A stretch of DNA of 64,000 bases from Stegostoma tigrinum. Its lineage: Eukaryota. The position numbers were made by a program, and so were the translations under genes. The notes below the pieces were generated by a model. That model searched no databases and was not told where the DNA came from. It saw only the letters and a program-made list of their open reading frames with translations. Below are positions 1 to 14,068 of this stretch, piece after piece. Each line of letters opens with the position of its first letter. Position 1 is the first letter of the stretch. The stretch covers positions 132,854,933-132,918,932 of the forward strand of contig NC_081356.1 of assembly GCF_030684315.1 (NCBI RefSeq), given 5' to 3'.

Positions 1-330
1 AAATACCTGGATAGCTTTAAGAGCTAAAACTGGATCAATTTCTTTGATTGAACATACGTAGCCTCCTTAGACTTCTCTGGTAGAGAATCTCGCAGGTTGA
101 CCACCCTCTGAATGAAAAATTGTTTCCTCTTCTCAATCCAAAACGGCCAACCCCATATCCTGAGACTGTGATTCCCCAAACAGGGGAAATATCTTCCCGG
201 TATCTCATATGTCCAGCTCCTTAATGCTTCAAAGAGATCCCCCCTCATCCTTCTAGCCTCTAATGAATACAGGCCTAGTCAAATCAACCTTTCCTCATTG
301 GAAAATCCCATCATCTTTGGGGAATCTTGA
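1..330 (-). mobile_element. CR1-type LINE 3' fragment
   Basis: Minus ORF MRGDLFE...FFIQRVVNL matches the CR1 ORF2 C-terminus. Confidence 0.65.
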
Positions 331-479
331 ACCAGGTGACAAAATTGATCAAGAAAGAGATGTTTTATGATTGATTGATTGTCATGCATACCAAAGTACA
401 AGGAAAAGCTTTGTTCATGAGCTGTACAGGCAGATCATAGTAAGCAACATGGACAGATCTAAAAGATTTCGACAGCGAT

Positions 480-2390
480 ATGCAGGTTACATTGCACTGG
501 GTGTGCATCAGGTGAGATCACTGTTAGCAAGATCAATATTACTTGAGTCTAGAGAGTCCATTCATCAGCCCGATAATAGCCAGGAAGGAGCTGTTCCTTG
601 TGCGTGTGTTCAGGCTTCATATCTTCTGCCTATTGGAGGAGGTTGTAGGAGGACATGACCAGGTTGCACTAGGTCAATTAGTGATGTTGGCCCCTTTTTG
701 TGGCAGCGAACTGTGTACATGGAGTCCATGTTGGCTTCCATAAAGGTCAGGGCTGCACACATCACCTTCTGAAGTTTCTTATAGTCCTGGGCAAAGCTGA
801 TGTCGTACCAGGCCAGACAGTATGCATTCAACGGTGTGTCTATACAAGCTGGTGAAGGTCCTTATGGACATGCAAAATTTCCTGAGCCGCCTGAGGAAGA
901 AGGTGCATTGTTGTGCCTTCTTGACTGTTGCATCTCTGTTGCCAGTCCAGGACAGATTCTCAGTTATCGTCACTCTGAGCAACTTGTCGCTCTCTACCCT
1001 TTCAACCTCAGTTTCATTGATGTAGATGGGGATATGTTCTGCTCCTTTCTTTCTGAAGCCAGTGATCAGTTCTTTAGTTTTTCCAATGTTGAGAGAGAGG
1101 TTGTTTTCATTGCACCACAACACCAAGCTTCTAACTCCATTCTGTATTTTGAGCCATCGTTGTTAAATATCTGTCCCACTACGGTGGTGTCATCAGTGAA
1201 CTTGCAGATGGTGTTTGTTTTGAATGCAGCAACACAGTGATGCATGTGTGAGGAGTACAGGAGGGGCTGTGGGCACATTCTTGTGGTGCTCCAGTTTGAG
1301 TGTTATTGTGGAGGAAAGTTTCCCTGACTGTGGTCTGCGGGTCAGAAAGCTGAGGACCCACTTGCAGAGGGATGAGCCGAGACCAAGGTTGTGGAATTTT
1401 GAAATCAGCCTGGAGGGTCACATGGTGTAGAAGGAGGAACTGTAGTCAATGGGTGGGAGTCTGATGTTGGTGTCTTTGTTGTCCCAAATGTTCCAGGGAT
1501 GACTGTAGGCCTGGTGATACGTCATCCACTTTTGACCTGTTCCATTGTTAGGCAAACTCTAGGGGATCGAGGCAGACTGAGTTGATGTGGGCCATGGCCA
1601 ACCTCTTGAAGCACTTCATGATAATTGAGGACAGAACTACTGGGCAATAGTCATTAAGGCACACTGCATGTGTTTTCTTGGGTATGGGAATGACAGTGGT
1701 CTTCTTGAAGCATGTGGGGACTTTGGCTTGTAGGAGGGAGAGATTGAAGGTGTCAGTGAATACCTCCTCCAGTTGGTCCACATGGGATCTGAGTGCTCAT
1801 CCGGGCCTGTCGCTCTCCTTGGGCTGACTCGAAGGAAAGCTGATCTGACATCTGCAGCAGCGATGGACAGAACAGATGTGCCTGGGGCTATCAGGTCAAG
1901 CATCACCACGCTGCTGGCATTCTGCTCAAACTGATCATAGAAAGCATCGAGTGTGTCAGGGAAGGATGTGTCTTTGTCCGTTATCTTGCTCTGCTTCATT
2001 TTGTATCCTGTGATGTTATTTAGGCCTTGCCACAGGTGGCAGGAATCTGCTTGGTTTGGGCCTCCAGCTTGGTTCAGTACTTCCTCTTGGCATCCTTGAT
2101 GGCTTCGCAGAGGCCACATCTGGCCTTCCTGTATTGGTCTGGGTCATCCGAGTTGAATGGTGATCGTTTGGTCTTCAGTAGGGAATGGATTTCCTTGTTC
2201 ACCCAAAGTTTATGGTTAGGGAACACTCAGATTGACCTAACTGGTTTGTAATCCTCCACACATTTGCTAACAAAGTCTGTGGTGTCATACTCATCTTGGG
2301 GGTTTGTTGCTGAGTACTTGAATACGGTCCAGTCCTTCAATTCCAAGCAGTCCCAGAGACAGTGTTCCACAACCTTGGATCAGCATTGTA
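480..2390 (-). mobile_element. Rex1/Babar-type LINE, degenerate RT
   Basis: ORF fragments [80 protein letters not shown]. Confidence 0.8.
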
Positions 2391-2989
2391 TAGTCGTCTT
2401 CTGTTGTCTTTCTTCAGATGTTTTCACTGCTTTGTAAGCGACCCAAGGCGGCAGGTTCACTTATAAAGGGTCTCTGACTTTTCAGTTAGAAGTCACAGCT
2501 TACAAACGTTTCTGAAGGGAAGATAAATTAGTTTTCATCAGGTTAAAAGTAGGTTTTGACTGCAGAGAACAGAGAAAACAGCTCCTGAGCTGGTGGAGTT
2601 CAAAACAATTTTCTCTGTATCAGTTCCCAGCCCCAAGGTGTCCAGTTACCTGAGATTCAAACACATAGTTGTTGACAGGCAACAAGCAATTGTCATTAGC
2701 AACTGGTCAGTAGTCTATAGACAAATGAACTTCTTGTTATGAACAGAAACTGCATCAGTACACTCCCTCACTATTGTATTTGCAACCACTTCAATTCCTG
2801 TTTGTTCAGGCAGTGATTTACACAATGCTTACCACAAGTGTCAGGTCACTTGGTTTTCAAAATATGCAGCAATTCTTTGAAACACTAATTGTAAAATGGA
2901 TCTTCCCCATTTCCACCTTCAGTTTAAAAGGCATAAAACGACTGAGTCTTTGCACAACTGGAAAGAATCATTTATTCGAATTTTAATTG

Positions 2990-3250
2990 GGCAGTGGCTT
3001 AGTGGTTAGTGCTGCTAACTCACAGCCCCAGGGCACCGGGGTTTGATTCCACCCTTGGTTGACTGTCCGTGTGGATTTTCTACATTCTTCCTGCGGCTGT
3101 GTGGGTTTCTGCTGGGTGCTCTGGCTTCCTCCTACAGTCCAAAGGTGTCCACATTCGGTGGACTGGCCATGAAAAATTTCCCCATAATGTCCACGGATGG
3201 ATAGGCTAGTGAATTAGCCGTGGGACCTGGGCATTGCTGGTTGGACCAGC
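2990..3250 (+). mobile_element. HE1-like tRNA-derived V-SINE
   Basis: A/B-box head (AGTGGTTAG...GGTTTGATTCC) and V-domain GGTTTCTGCTGGGTGCTCTGGCTTCCTCCTACAGTCCAAAG. Confidence 0.7.
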
Positions 3251-4501
3251 ATTTATTAGAATCCCTAATTTCCCTGGAGTAGGTGGTAGTGATCTGCTTT
3301 TGAATCTGTGTATTCTTAGGGTGCAGTGTTGTAGTTTCAGGATTTTCCCAGTGACAGTGAAGGAATGATGACATGGTTCCAAGTCAAGGAGGTGTGTGTC
3401 TCGAAGGAGAACTTGCAGTTGGTGCTATTCCCAAATATCTGCTTCTTTGGTCCTTCTAGGTGTAAAAATGAGGCTTTTCCTTTAATGTGCTTTTGGAGAA
3501 TCCTTGATAGATTACTGCACTGCATCTTATTGAGATGTATCTTCAAAGGAGCTATTTAACAAGGGCTTTCTTAAACTAATAAAAGAATGAATTTATTAGT
3601 TATCAAATGTGAAAAGAATTAATAGCTCAACATAAAGATTAAGAGTAAGAAATGAGTTCAAAACAAGATTTGTTTTTATTTACTCATGGGACATTGTCAT
3701 CACTGATCAGTCAGCATTTATTGCCTGGATCTAGTTGCCCTTCAACTGAACTATTTCAAAGTGCAGTTCAGAGTCATGCACATTGCTGTGAATCCAGAGT
3801 CACATATAGGCCAGGCCAGGCCAGGTAAGAATGGCAGATTTCCATCCCTAAAGGATATTAATGAGCCAGGTGGGTTTTTCTGATACCCAACAATGGTTTC
3901 ATGCTCATCAATAGGTTTTCTTAATTCCAGATTTTTAAAAATTGAATTTGAATTCTACCGTGACAAGATTTCAACATTAATTTATGGATTAATATTTTAG
4001 CAATAATACTACTTGGCCACCACTTCTCTCCAAACAGTGCAAAGATATACAGATCAGTTTCCCTGGTTCATTCATTGAATGCTGGTAAATGAACAGTTAA
4101 TTTCAGGATTCTTGGCTTTTGCAGTAAGTTGAAATCTTTTTGCCCTGTTTCCTGTTGATGGGAGTTAACTGACAACAGTCAGAGTGAGAGAGTCATAGAT
4201 TCATAGAGTCATGCAGCAAGAAACAAACCCTTTGGTTCACTTTGTCTGTGCCGACCAGACATCCCAATTTGAGAGTGTCTCATTTGCCAACATTTGGCCC
4301 ATATCCTTCTAAACCCTTCCTATCACCATCCAGATTCCATTTAATAGTTGCATTCATGCCAGTCTCCACCACTTTCCCTGGCAGCTTGTTCCATACATGC
4401 ACCACCCTCTGTATAGAAAAGTTGCCCATCAGGTACTTTTAAAATCTTTCCCCTCTCACTGTAAACCTATATCCTCTGCTACCAAGTGTTATATCTCAGC
4501 T

Positions 4502-4728
4502 ATAGAGATAGTAGGAACTGCAAATGCTGGAAAATCTGAGATAACAAAGTATAGAGCTGGACGAACACAGCAGGCCAAGCAGTATCAGCGCAGCAGGAAG
4601 GCTGATGTTTCGGGCCTAGATCCTTTTTCAGACATTTCTGAAGAAAGATCTAGGCCCAAAACATCAGCCTTCCTGCTCCTCTGATGCTGTTAGGCCTGCT
4701 GTATTCATCCAGCTCTACATTTTGTTAC
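4502..4728. mobile_element. Short palindromic Penelope-derived element
   Basis: Inverted arms centred near 4632; direct repeat ATCTCAGCT at 4493-4501 and 4729-4737. Confidence 0.75.
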
Positions 4729-7434
4729 ATCTCAGCTGATGCTTTTAAGTTACAAATCAGATTCCAGGCTAAAATATGCCTTGGCAGATCATATTTTGTT
4801 TTTTCTTGGTTATATTGAGGTGGCTTCTCATTGAAACATAAGCAGAGATTTGGTTTCATAAAATAAAACAAGGTATTTATCATGTAAAATAAATACAAAA
4901 TAGAATAAATGAAACTGTTTACATATAGAATATTTTTGAAGATTTCAAAAGCCATGATAAAAAACAACACAATTAATCTCAAAGTCACCCCTACAGTACT
5001 CAAACACTGCAGAGAAATCTCTTTTCTGTCACACATTGTGTTTGACTTTGCTGTATTTTTAATTCCTAGTTACGTGAATCTGATTGCCTCTTCCTTGATT
5101 CTTTGTACAATCTAACTTAGAATTTCTCAGCTTTTTTGTAACCTGTTTCAGGTTTTAACCAAATACATCTGGTCTGGAATCTTTAAACTAAACTCCTTGC
5201 ACTCAGGTAGCCTATTTCTTCACAGTTTTAATTTCCTCCCTTTCTCAGGAGTGAGTGTTTACACATACAGCTTCATAAATCATTCCGCAAAATTGCCAAA
5301 CTGAAATCTTAAATATTCTTCCAATCTATGGATGTTTCACTTAGTCAAAAGAGAAAAATCAGCCTCTGACCTTCTAAACTGAAATCCAACACACAACTGT
5401 TTACTTTATTCACATGTAAAATTCTCCTGATGTAAATAAATTTCCAGTAGACTCCAAAACTATCTATCTCTCTCAGTCCGTTTTTAGAAGCAAACACCTT
5501 TGTCACCAAATGTAAAGAACATAAGAACTAGGAGAAGGAGTAGAGAATTCAGCCCATTAAGCCGGCCTCACCATTTGATACAATCATGACTAATCTTGTG
5601 TCAGCCTCAATTCCATTTTGCTGCCAGCACTCCATAACCCTCCAGCATATTACTAATTAAACATCTGTCTATCTTCTTAAATTTTCTGAATGTCCTTGCA
5701 TCCACCACATTCTGGTATCGTGAATTCGACCATTTGAGAGATGATTACTTCACGATAAAATCCTTACAGTGTGAAAGCAGGCCACTCAGCCCTTCAAGTC
5801 CAGAACAACATTCTAAAGAGTATCCCACTCAAACCCATCTTCATGGTATGCAGTAGCTCAAGCTGTTTTGTTCAAATGCCATTGTGCCTCAAATGCACTC
5901 TCTTTTCTCTTTGCCCTTTCCTCCTTTTCACTTTCCTCTCTCCCATTTCCAATTTTTTCCCCCTTTTTCTTGAAATTCTAGTATCCACTGCTCCAGTTTT
6001 AATTCCTCTATCTATTTTATCATCCTGAATTGCTGTAAAGCATTGGCCACCCCTTTTAAAGTTTTGCGTTTCCTGGCATTCTGGCAAATTTTGAATCCCA
6101 AATACCTCTCTACATCTTTTAACTGTTTAAGATGCAACATTTGAATCCTTATGCATAACATTTCCTAATTCAGCAAGGAATGTTCTGGCATTGAATGCAT
6201 ACAAATCTGTACTGTGGCAGTGCAAACTCAAGAAAGCCTTTTGCAGTTTTTAAATGGCAATTTACCCACTCTATTTCTCTGATTTAATCTGTGGATTCAT
6301 GACCTGAGTCTCAAATCTTTTACCCCTCGTTCTTCTAGTTCTGGACAGACAACCCAAATCTTTACTGTTGCGGGTGAGGAGGAATGAACTGGCTTTCATT
6401 TGTTAGTCACTACCCCCTCAACTGGTTGCCATAAGGTTAATTGAAAAAAAATCCCTCTCTTTTAGACACCTTCTCCCTCCAGATCAAATTAAGTTATACT
6501 CTCAAAGAGGTCAGTTAAACAAAGCTTTCTGGATTTAAGAAAAAGAGTGAATTTATTAAGTACTAAAACAACAAAAAATTAATAACACAGCATAGTTAAA
6601 TATCTTTTAGGAATTAGAAGTGATTCCAAAAGGATCTCTGCGTCTTAATGAGAAGTAGATGGTGAAATATTGATAGTATAATCATTGATTTTGGACATCT
6701 AGTCTTTTATATATGGTTGAAATATTTTATTTTCTGTTTCTCTTTGACAGTAGTTAGCTAACAACACTCAAAGAGAAAGGTGTTTTTTTTTTCCCTTTTG
6801 ACAGGCTTGCTTGCTAGCTGCTTCCTGCACTCAGAATAATACATTCCTCTCACCTGCAATGCAGGGGTGACCAGTAAGTCATTCTTCAATTGTGCTCTTG
6901 TGAGCCCACTAATGTTTGAACCCAGGTTAATCCATGTGAAGAGACAGATAAATCTCAGTTTACAGGTTCCCTTACGTGCAAACACAGATCAATTTCGCAA
7001 TCAGTTTTTAACTCCTAATTTTGGATACTCCTAGATTGGTCAAACATAATTTTCCATGTACCTAAACTCATCATATCTACCCACCCCGCACAGACAGATT
7101 TGCTTTGAAGCCCATTCTACAACCCTAGCCTTCAAGACTTTTGATCCTGACAACAGAGAACATTGTGTATTCCCCCAACTATATTTTCCCTGATTATGAC
7201 TACATTTCTTCTTTATCCCCTCCACTTGTACTATCGTCAGGTTGCTCATCCTTCCCAAAGTCCCTGCTCTCGTTCACACAAGTTGCAAGGATCTTGAAAC
7301 TGTTGGGCAAGGAGAAGAGCTGAGATTGCTGAAGTGCTACCTTCTGGGTTGCTCTTCCTGCCTCATTTGTAGCCGCACTGTCCTGTCCATGATTGGTGAC
7401 AAAATTCACATTACCAACCCCTCAGTTACTGAAA

Positions 7435-8075
7435 CAGTCGCTGAATGTTTGCTTGCCTTCATTGGCTGGGGCATTGATTTTAAAAATTGACAGGTAATAT
7501 TGTAGCTTTATAGAACCTTAATTAGGCCACATTTGCAATACTGTGTTCAATTCTGATCGCAAAACTACCAGAAGAATTCAGTGGCTTTGTAGAGGTTACA
7601 GAAAAGATTAATCAGTGTGTTGCCTGGTATGGAGGGCATTAGCTATAAGGAGAGTTTGGAGAAACTTGAGCTGTTCTGACTGGAACTATGGAGGTTGAGG
7701 GGTGACCTGATAGAGGCCTATAAGATTATGAAGGGCGTGGAGACAGTGCACAGTCATAAGCTTTTTCCCAGGGTGGAAGAGTGAGTTACGAGAGGGCAAA
7801 TGTTTGAGTTGCGAGGGGCAAGGTTTAAGGGTAATGTACGAGGTTTGCTTTTTTCACAGAATTTGGTGGGTGCCTGGAATTTGCTGCTGGGGGAGGTAGT
7901 GGGAGCAGATACAATAGTGACTTTTAAAGGGCACCTTGACAAATAGATGAATAGGATAGGAATAGAGGGATTCGTTCCCCGGAAGGGTAGTGGGTTTTAG
8001 TTGTGACTAAAATGTCGGTGCAGGCATGGAGGGCCGAAGGGCCTGTTCCTGTCTGTAATTTTCCATGTTCTTTGC
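7435..8075 (+). mobile_element. CR1-type LINE 3' fragment
   Basis: CR1 ORF2 C-terminal remnants and 3' tail GGCCGAAGGGCCTGTTCCTGT. Confidence 0.75.
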
Positions 8076-9109
8076 TCTGAGTATCTGTTGTCATTATTGA
8101 ATGGACACAGTACATTACAGTACTATAGAGTGGTCACAGTGCAGAGAGAGGCCATTCAGCCCATCATTCCCCTCTTTGAAGCTAGCCTATTGTTTAGTCA
8201 CAGTTTGGTTCACCAATCCTTAAATCCACTTTGTGTGGGCCAGATTCATTTTCACCGCATTGATTTGCCCTCCCCTATTTAGTCACTCTTAATCAGAATT
8301 ACTTACTCCTTGGAACCTTTGCAGAGTTAACCCAAACTTACTAAATAATGATCACTTTCTTCTAAATGTTTCCTACTGTTTCCTGATCCAGTTGATCTAA
8401 CTCACTCTCAAGAACCAGTCCAGTGCCTGCTTTCTTATTGGATTGAACACAACCAACAGAGAAAATTCTCCTGAATGCACTGAAGGAATTCCTGTCCTTT
8501 TCTCTCCTGTATGCATTCCAGTTTATATTTGAATAATTAGTCCCCCCATCGTTATTACAATTCTAGAATTCTTTCACTCTTGCATGTGTTCCTCTGCAAA
8601 TTTCCCACGAGTTTGTTGCTCAGAAATTTTGCTGAATGATGTAATTGCACCGTTTTGTTCATTGGCTCCAGCTAAATAGATTTTGTCCCTTGACCCGTCT
8701 GAGACATCATCTCTCTCCAGCGCTGCAATGTTTTCCTTGATCAATACTGCCACACCTCTTGTTTTCATATCTTCACTAGCTCTATCTTTCCTGAACATTG
8801 AAGAATATTTAGTACCTTGTCCTGCCCATCTTTGAACAAGGATTCTGTTACCACCACGACATCATATTTCCAATTGAAATCTGCATTGGATACTCACCAA
8901 TCTGGCTTATCACTCTCCATGCATTCAAATACAGAGGCAGTAACCTCGTCTTTGAATTTATTATTTATGCTCTTTCTCTGATCCCATTTACTTCATAGTC
9001 TTGTTCAGTCTGGTCTCTCAAATATTCTATGTACCTTGTTCCTCTTGAATTCCTGATTCTCTGACCCCTGCCAAAATAATTTTAAACAAGTCGACACAGT
9101 CTCAGGATA

Positions 9110-9402
9110 TTAGGTTAGATTCCCTACAGTGTGGAAACAGGCCCTTTGACCCAACAAGTCCACACTTCCCCTTGAAGCATCCCACCCAGGCCCAGACCCA
9201 TCCCCCTATAACCCACACATCCCTGAACACTACAGGCAATTTAGCATGGCCGATCCATCTAGCCTGCACATCTTTAGATTGTGGGAGGAAACCAGAGAAT
9301 GTGCAAGCTCCACACAGACAGTCACCTGACGCTGGAATTGAACCCAGGCCCCTGGCCCTGTGAGGCTGCAGTGCTAACCACTGAGCCACTGTGCCGCCCC
9401 AT
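9110..9402 (-). mobile_element. HE1-like SINE
   Basis: Reverse-strand tRNA head GGCGGCACAGTGGCTCAGTGGTTAGCACTGC and CR1-like tail. Confidence 0.8.
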
Positions 9403-9817
9403 TGGTGTAGACCAGTTAGGACTGAGCTAAGGAAACATTTCTTCACTCAAAAGATCGTGAATCAGTGGAATTCTCTACTGCAGGAGAATGTGCAGGCCAA
9501 GTCACCGAACATAATTAAGAAAGCAATATATTTTTTGGTTTTTTAAAGATACCAAGTGATTTGGGGAGAAAGCACAAATATAGAAGTGAGATAAAGCATT
9601 AGCTATGATCATATTGAGTAGCAAGCAATTTTAAAGTGCTAACTGGCCTACTCCTCGTCTTAGTTTCTATGTTAATATATAAATACTAATTCCTGCACAG
9701 CATGGGTTTGCTTATTTGGTAGATAATGAGGCTCTTAATCCAAGATACTTTAGGTCCCATATTGGGTGATGATTTTTAAAAGAACATTTTATTTTTCCAA
9801 AATGCTGAACAATTGTT

Positions 9818-11011
9818 CCAGATGTCCAAGTTCTTTAAGGACCGCAACTTTCCCCCCACAGTCATCGAGAACGCCCTTGACCGCGTCTCCCGTATTTCCC
9901 GCAACACATCCCTCACACCCCGCCCCCGCCACAACCGCCCTAAGAGGATCCCCCTCGTTCTCACACACCACCCTACCAACCTCCGGATACAACGCATCAT
10001 CCTCCGACACTTCCGCCATTTACAATCCGACCCCACCACCCAAGACATTTTTTCATCCTCACCCCTGTCTGCTTTCCGGAGAGACCACTCTCTCCGTGAC
10101 TCCCTTGTTCGCTCCACACTGCCCTCCAACCCCACCACACCCGGCACCTTCCCCTGCAACCGCAGGAAATGCTACACTTGCCCCCACACCTCCTCCCTCA
10201 CCCCTATCCCAGGCCCCAAGATGACATTCCACATTAAGCAGAGGTTCACCTGCACATCTGCCAATGTGGTATACTGCATCCACTGTACCCGGTGCGGCTC
10301 CCTCTACATTGGGGAAACCAAGCGGAGGCTTGGGGACCGCTTTGCAGAACACCTCCGCTCAGTTCGCAACAAACAACTGCACCTCCCAGTCGCAAACCAT
10401 TTCCACTCCCCCTCCCATTCTCTAGATGACATGTCCATCATGGGCCTCCAGCAGTGCCACAATGATGCCACCCGAAGGTTGCAGGAACAGCAACTCATAT
10501 TCCGCCTGGGAACCCTGCAGCCATATGGTATCAATGTGGACTTCACCAGTTTCAAAATCTCCCCTTCCCCTACTGCATCCCTAAACCAGCCCAGTTCGTC
10601 CCCTCCCCCCACTGCACCACACAACCAGCCCAGCTCTTCCCCCCCACCCACTGCATCCCAAAACCAGTCCAACCTGTCTCTGCCTCCCTAACCGGTTCTT
10701 CCTCTCACCCATCCCTTCCTCCCACCCGAAGCCGCACCCCCATCTACCTACTAACCTCATCCCACCTCCTTGACCTGTCCGTCTTCCCTGGACTGACCTA
10801 TCCCCTCCCTACCTCCCCACCTATGCTCTCTCCACCTATCTTCTTTTCTCTCCATCTTCGGTCCGCCTCCCCCTCTCTCCCTATTTATTCCAGTTCCCTC
10901 TCCCCATCCCCCTCTCTGATGAAGGATCTAGGCCCGAAACGTCAGCTTTTGTGCTCCTGAGATGCTGCTTGGCCTGCTGTGTTCATCCAGCCTCACATTT
11001 TATTATCTTGG
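9818..11011 (+). mobile_element. Penelope-like retroelement (family A), 5'-truncated, with RT C-terminus, GIY-YIG endonuclease and 3' pLTR
   Basis: ORF 9813-10691 contains FTCTSANVVYCIHCTRCGSLYIGETKRRLGDRFAEH (GIY-YIG with Cys-rich linker), followed by a pyrimidine-rich UTR and a CTGATGA...GAAACGTC motif. Confidence 0.9.
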
Positions 11012-11279
11012 AGCTATATTGACTCTGCTTGATGATATTGTGCTATTACATGCTTTATATTATGCTAACATATTCCCAAATACAGATGTTAAGCTTACTG
11101 TTCTATAGTAACCTGATTGTTTGTCTCCCTGCTTTTTGATTAAACGTTTTACATTGGCAGTAGATCAATCCTTTGGGATATTTTGCAAATCTTAGGCATC
11201 TTGGAAGAAAATTTTGAATACCTATCTCTGCAGTTACTTTATTTAAAATATTGGGATGCAATCCATCAGGTGTCACCGG

Positions 11280-11610
11280 CCTAGTGATATTACCACTAGA
11301 TTGTTAATCCAAAGACTCAGGGAATGTTCTGGGTGCCAGTGGCAGATAATGGAATGTGAATTTGATAAACAAATCTGGAATTAAAAGTTGACCAGCACTC
11401 CATTGTTAATTTTCAGAAGAGAAACCCCATCTTGTTCACTAATCTTGTTTCAGGAGGGAAACTATAATCCTTACCTGGTCTGGCCTACCTGTGACTCCAG
11501 GCCCGCAGCAATGTGGTTGACTCTTAGCTGCCCTTGGGCAATTAGGGATGAGCAATAGGTGCTGGTCTAGTCAGCAATGCCATCATCCTGTGAATGAATA
11601 AAATAAAAAG
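11280..11610 (+). mobile_element. Second shark tRNA-SINE family (SacSINE1/DeuSINE-like); other copies ~3672-4020 -, 18375-18592 -, 32890-33340 -, 33550-33915 +, 34430-34785 -, 61850-62175 -
   Basis: Shared core CCTTACCTGGTCTGGCCTAC.TGTGACTCCAG and tail GGCAATAAATGCTGG...GAATGAATAAAA; family name is from memory and uncertain. Confidence 0.65.
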
Positions 11611-12965
11611 GCCCAGGGGATGCAGGTCTTGAGATGCATTAGTTTCCCAAATACGTCTTTCTCTCGTGATAGTTATTGTGTTTATTTTTTCTTGCCCTTT
11701 AGCCTCTTGAACATTTAGTATTTTTGGAATACCATTGATGTATTCTACTATGAAGAGTAATGTCCCATTCTTGTTCCATTTACTGGTTGTCTAGTGCTAT
11801 CTTCCCAGCATAGTCATCTAAGGAGATTAAGTACTCTCTGTCTTTCTATTCTTTTTATATATGTAAAGAAGCTTTTACTGCCTGTGTTTATGTTACTTGC
11901 GATTTTGCCCTCATTGTTTATTTTCTCTACCTTTATATTTGTTTGGATTTCTTTTGTTGGCTTTTAACACTTCACCAGTCCTCTGAAATACAAGTAATTT
12001 TTGCCACACTGTGTGTTTTTTTCCTTTCAATTTGTTAATGTTATTGACTTCCCTGGCTAGTAATAGTTGGTTTATTCTGCTTTCCAGAAACCTTCTTTCT
12101 CACTGGATATATATCTGCTGTGATTCGTGAATATTTTTTAAAAAATCTGGTATTTTTCTTCAACCATATTTTCTGCCAAAATCCTTTCTGCATCTACTCC
12201 AACCAACTCTACCCTCAATCCCATCTAATTACCCTTACTTGAATTCAGCAGAGCTTCTGACTCTCAAACTGAATGCTGAATTCTTTGATGTTATGGTTAC
12301 TCTTTTTGCAGGGATCTTTTATTCTGATATCATTTGTTAAACCTTCCTTACTATGTGTAGACTCATGCAACCCCATGCCCCCTTCTCACCATGTGATTGT
12401 TGCATTTCACTCATGAATATATTTTCCCTCCCTGTGTTTGCTCTCTTGTTTGTCCAACCTTGTTGATCCCCTCAAATTTCAAAGTTACAATCTCACCCTT
12501 GTTTGCTGTTGGGTACCACCTGCCTCCCTATGGAGTGCTGCTCAAACTACTTACACCACCTAAATTACCCCCTTGCCCACTTAACGCTCATGTACCCATT
12601 TCACCAATTATACATTCACCTGTGCATTCACTGGTAAACACGCTCAGAAGCCACTGAAATGTCTCATTTTTTTTCTTGTGTTGGTGAATGTAAGTTGCGC
12701 TCCTGGCCAGAGCTATAAACATGTGGTGTGGTTCACCCAGAGCTCTGGAGAAAGGCTTCAATCTCAGGTGAACTCTGTAGGTTGAAGAGGCCAGGGTCGT
12801 AAGTCCCAGCCAGACAGCAGCAATGCCAAAGTGCATCGTGCCCCTCAAAAGATTTCAGACATTGTTTTGCGGTTTATTTTTTTGAAATCACTGTCATCTG
12901 TTCCCATGCTGTATTCATATCCTCTCTCTCTCTCTCTCTTTCTCTCTACTTCCGTCCCCTCACAG

Positions 12966-13349
12966 CAGCTTCTGCTAATGGGTGGTCAATGACAATTGCG
13001 GATTATGTGACGGCTGAGGAAGGAGGCGCCGCTGTTTTGCCCTGCAGTTTCACCCACCCAGACACTAATCTCACACTCACCGGCTCTGTGATATGGATGA
13101 AACATTCCAAAGGTGTTATCTTTAACTGTACATACCCTGGCACAGGCCATTCAAAGGGTGAGCTGTGTGAGAATGTGATACAGCAGGACGGTGGGAACAG
13201 ATTCAGATTTGTGGGGAACCTCAGCAACAATGATGCCTCAATATTAGTAGACGGACTGGGCCAGGAGGATAACGGTTCCCATCGGTGTCGTGTTGAACTC
13301 AACCTTGACAGATTTGGAACTAGGAAAGGAACAAAACTGGAAGTGACAG
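12966..13349 (+). CDS. Siglec-15-like receptor, exon encoding N-terminal V-set Ig domain (V1)
   Basis: (CT)n polypyrimidine tract then CACAG| acceptor; donor ACAG|GTAAGG at 13349/13350; phase 1-1. Translates ASANGWSMTIADYVTAEEGGAAVLPCSFTHP...VIW...IFNC...ELCE...RFRFVGNLSNNDASI...EDNGSHRCRVEL...GTKLEVT, which matches Siglec-15 V-set motifs (WSM..V.AE.G.AAVLPC.FTHP; extra C...ELC pair; CRVE). Confidence 0.9.
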
Positions 13350-14068
13350 GTAAGGAACAATGTCCGGATGGTGTCATTGCCCTGATAGCTCAATGGGAAC
13401 AGGCTCCACCTGGTCCGGGAGATCTCAGATCAGATCCTTGTCCTGGGTTCTTTCAATTGGTCAGATGCAGGAGGCAGTGAGAAGGAGAGAGAAAGAGATG
13501 AGGCTGGGATTTATCGACCATTCAGTCACCATCTCTGAGACCTCACACAGTCACTCACACAATCACTCATTGGCTGTGTTCAAACTCAGTGTTCTGGTAT
13601 AGGGAACAGTGAAAACATCACTACGGACCTGAGTTCCAAGGTCCCCGCCAATGAGAGTTCTGGGTGAGGAAAAAATAGGCCTGGTAATTCCCTTGTCTGA
13701 TGATAATATGGGGACATGAGAACAAAAAGGGCAATTCAGCCCTTCTCAGCAGTTCTGTCATTCAATGAAATCTTCACAGATCTATCTAAGTACATAAAGT
13801 GTCCTTCACCCAAATCTCTTAGCACCATTTTTTTCTAAATCAAAGCTGCAATAATCTCAGTTTTAATCCATTGATATAGCCCCAGTTGCCATTCATGGAA
13901 AAATAGCTCCAAACGTCTGCCACCCAATGCACATATGTGTTGTTGAGCTTCACCCCTGAAATGTCTAGCTCCAATTTTAATGGATACCACTAGTCCTTTA
14001 TTTTCACTTGTTCGCAGGATGTGGACATCATATCCAGACAGCCAGATTTCCCTCAATCCCATAACTCC

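Noticed and set aside
2990-3060. tRNA-like A/B boxes as tRNA genes
   Set aside because: They are SINE heads followed by a V-domain and LINE tail.
4079-4129. ATG-started MLVNEQLISGFLAFA followed by GTAAGT as candidate leader exon
   Set aside because: Ends in phase 0, incompatible with the phase-1 V1 exon.
9813-10691. 292-aa ORF (and 352-aa ORF 45825-46883) as host genes
   Set aside because: Penelope GIY-YIG sequence present in several copies; the 352-aa ORF is an artefact of the fold-back junction.
13350-13480. C-terminal extension of ORF 12989-13480 (GKEQCPDG...)
   Set aside because: Lies after the GTAAGG donor, so it is intronic read-through.
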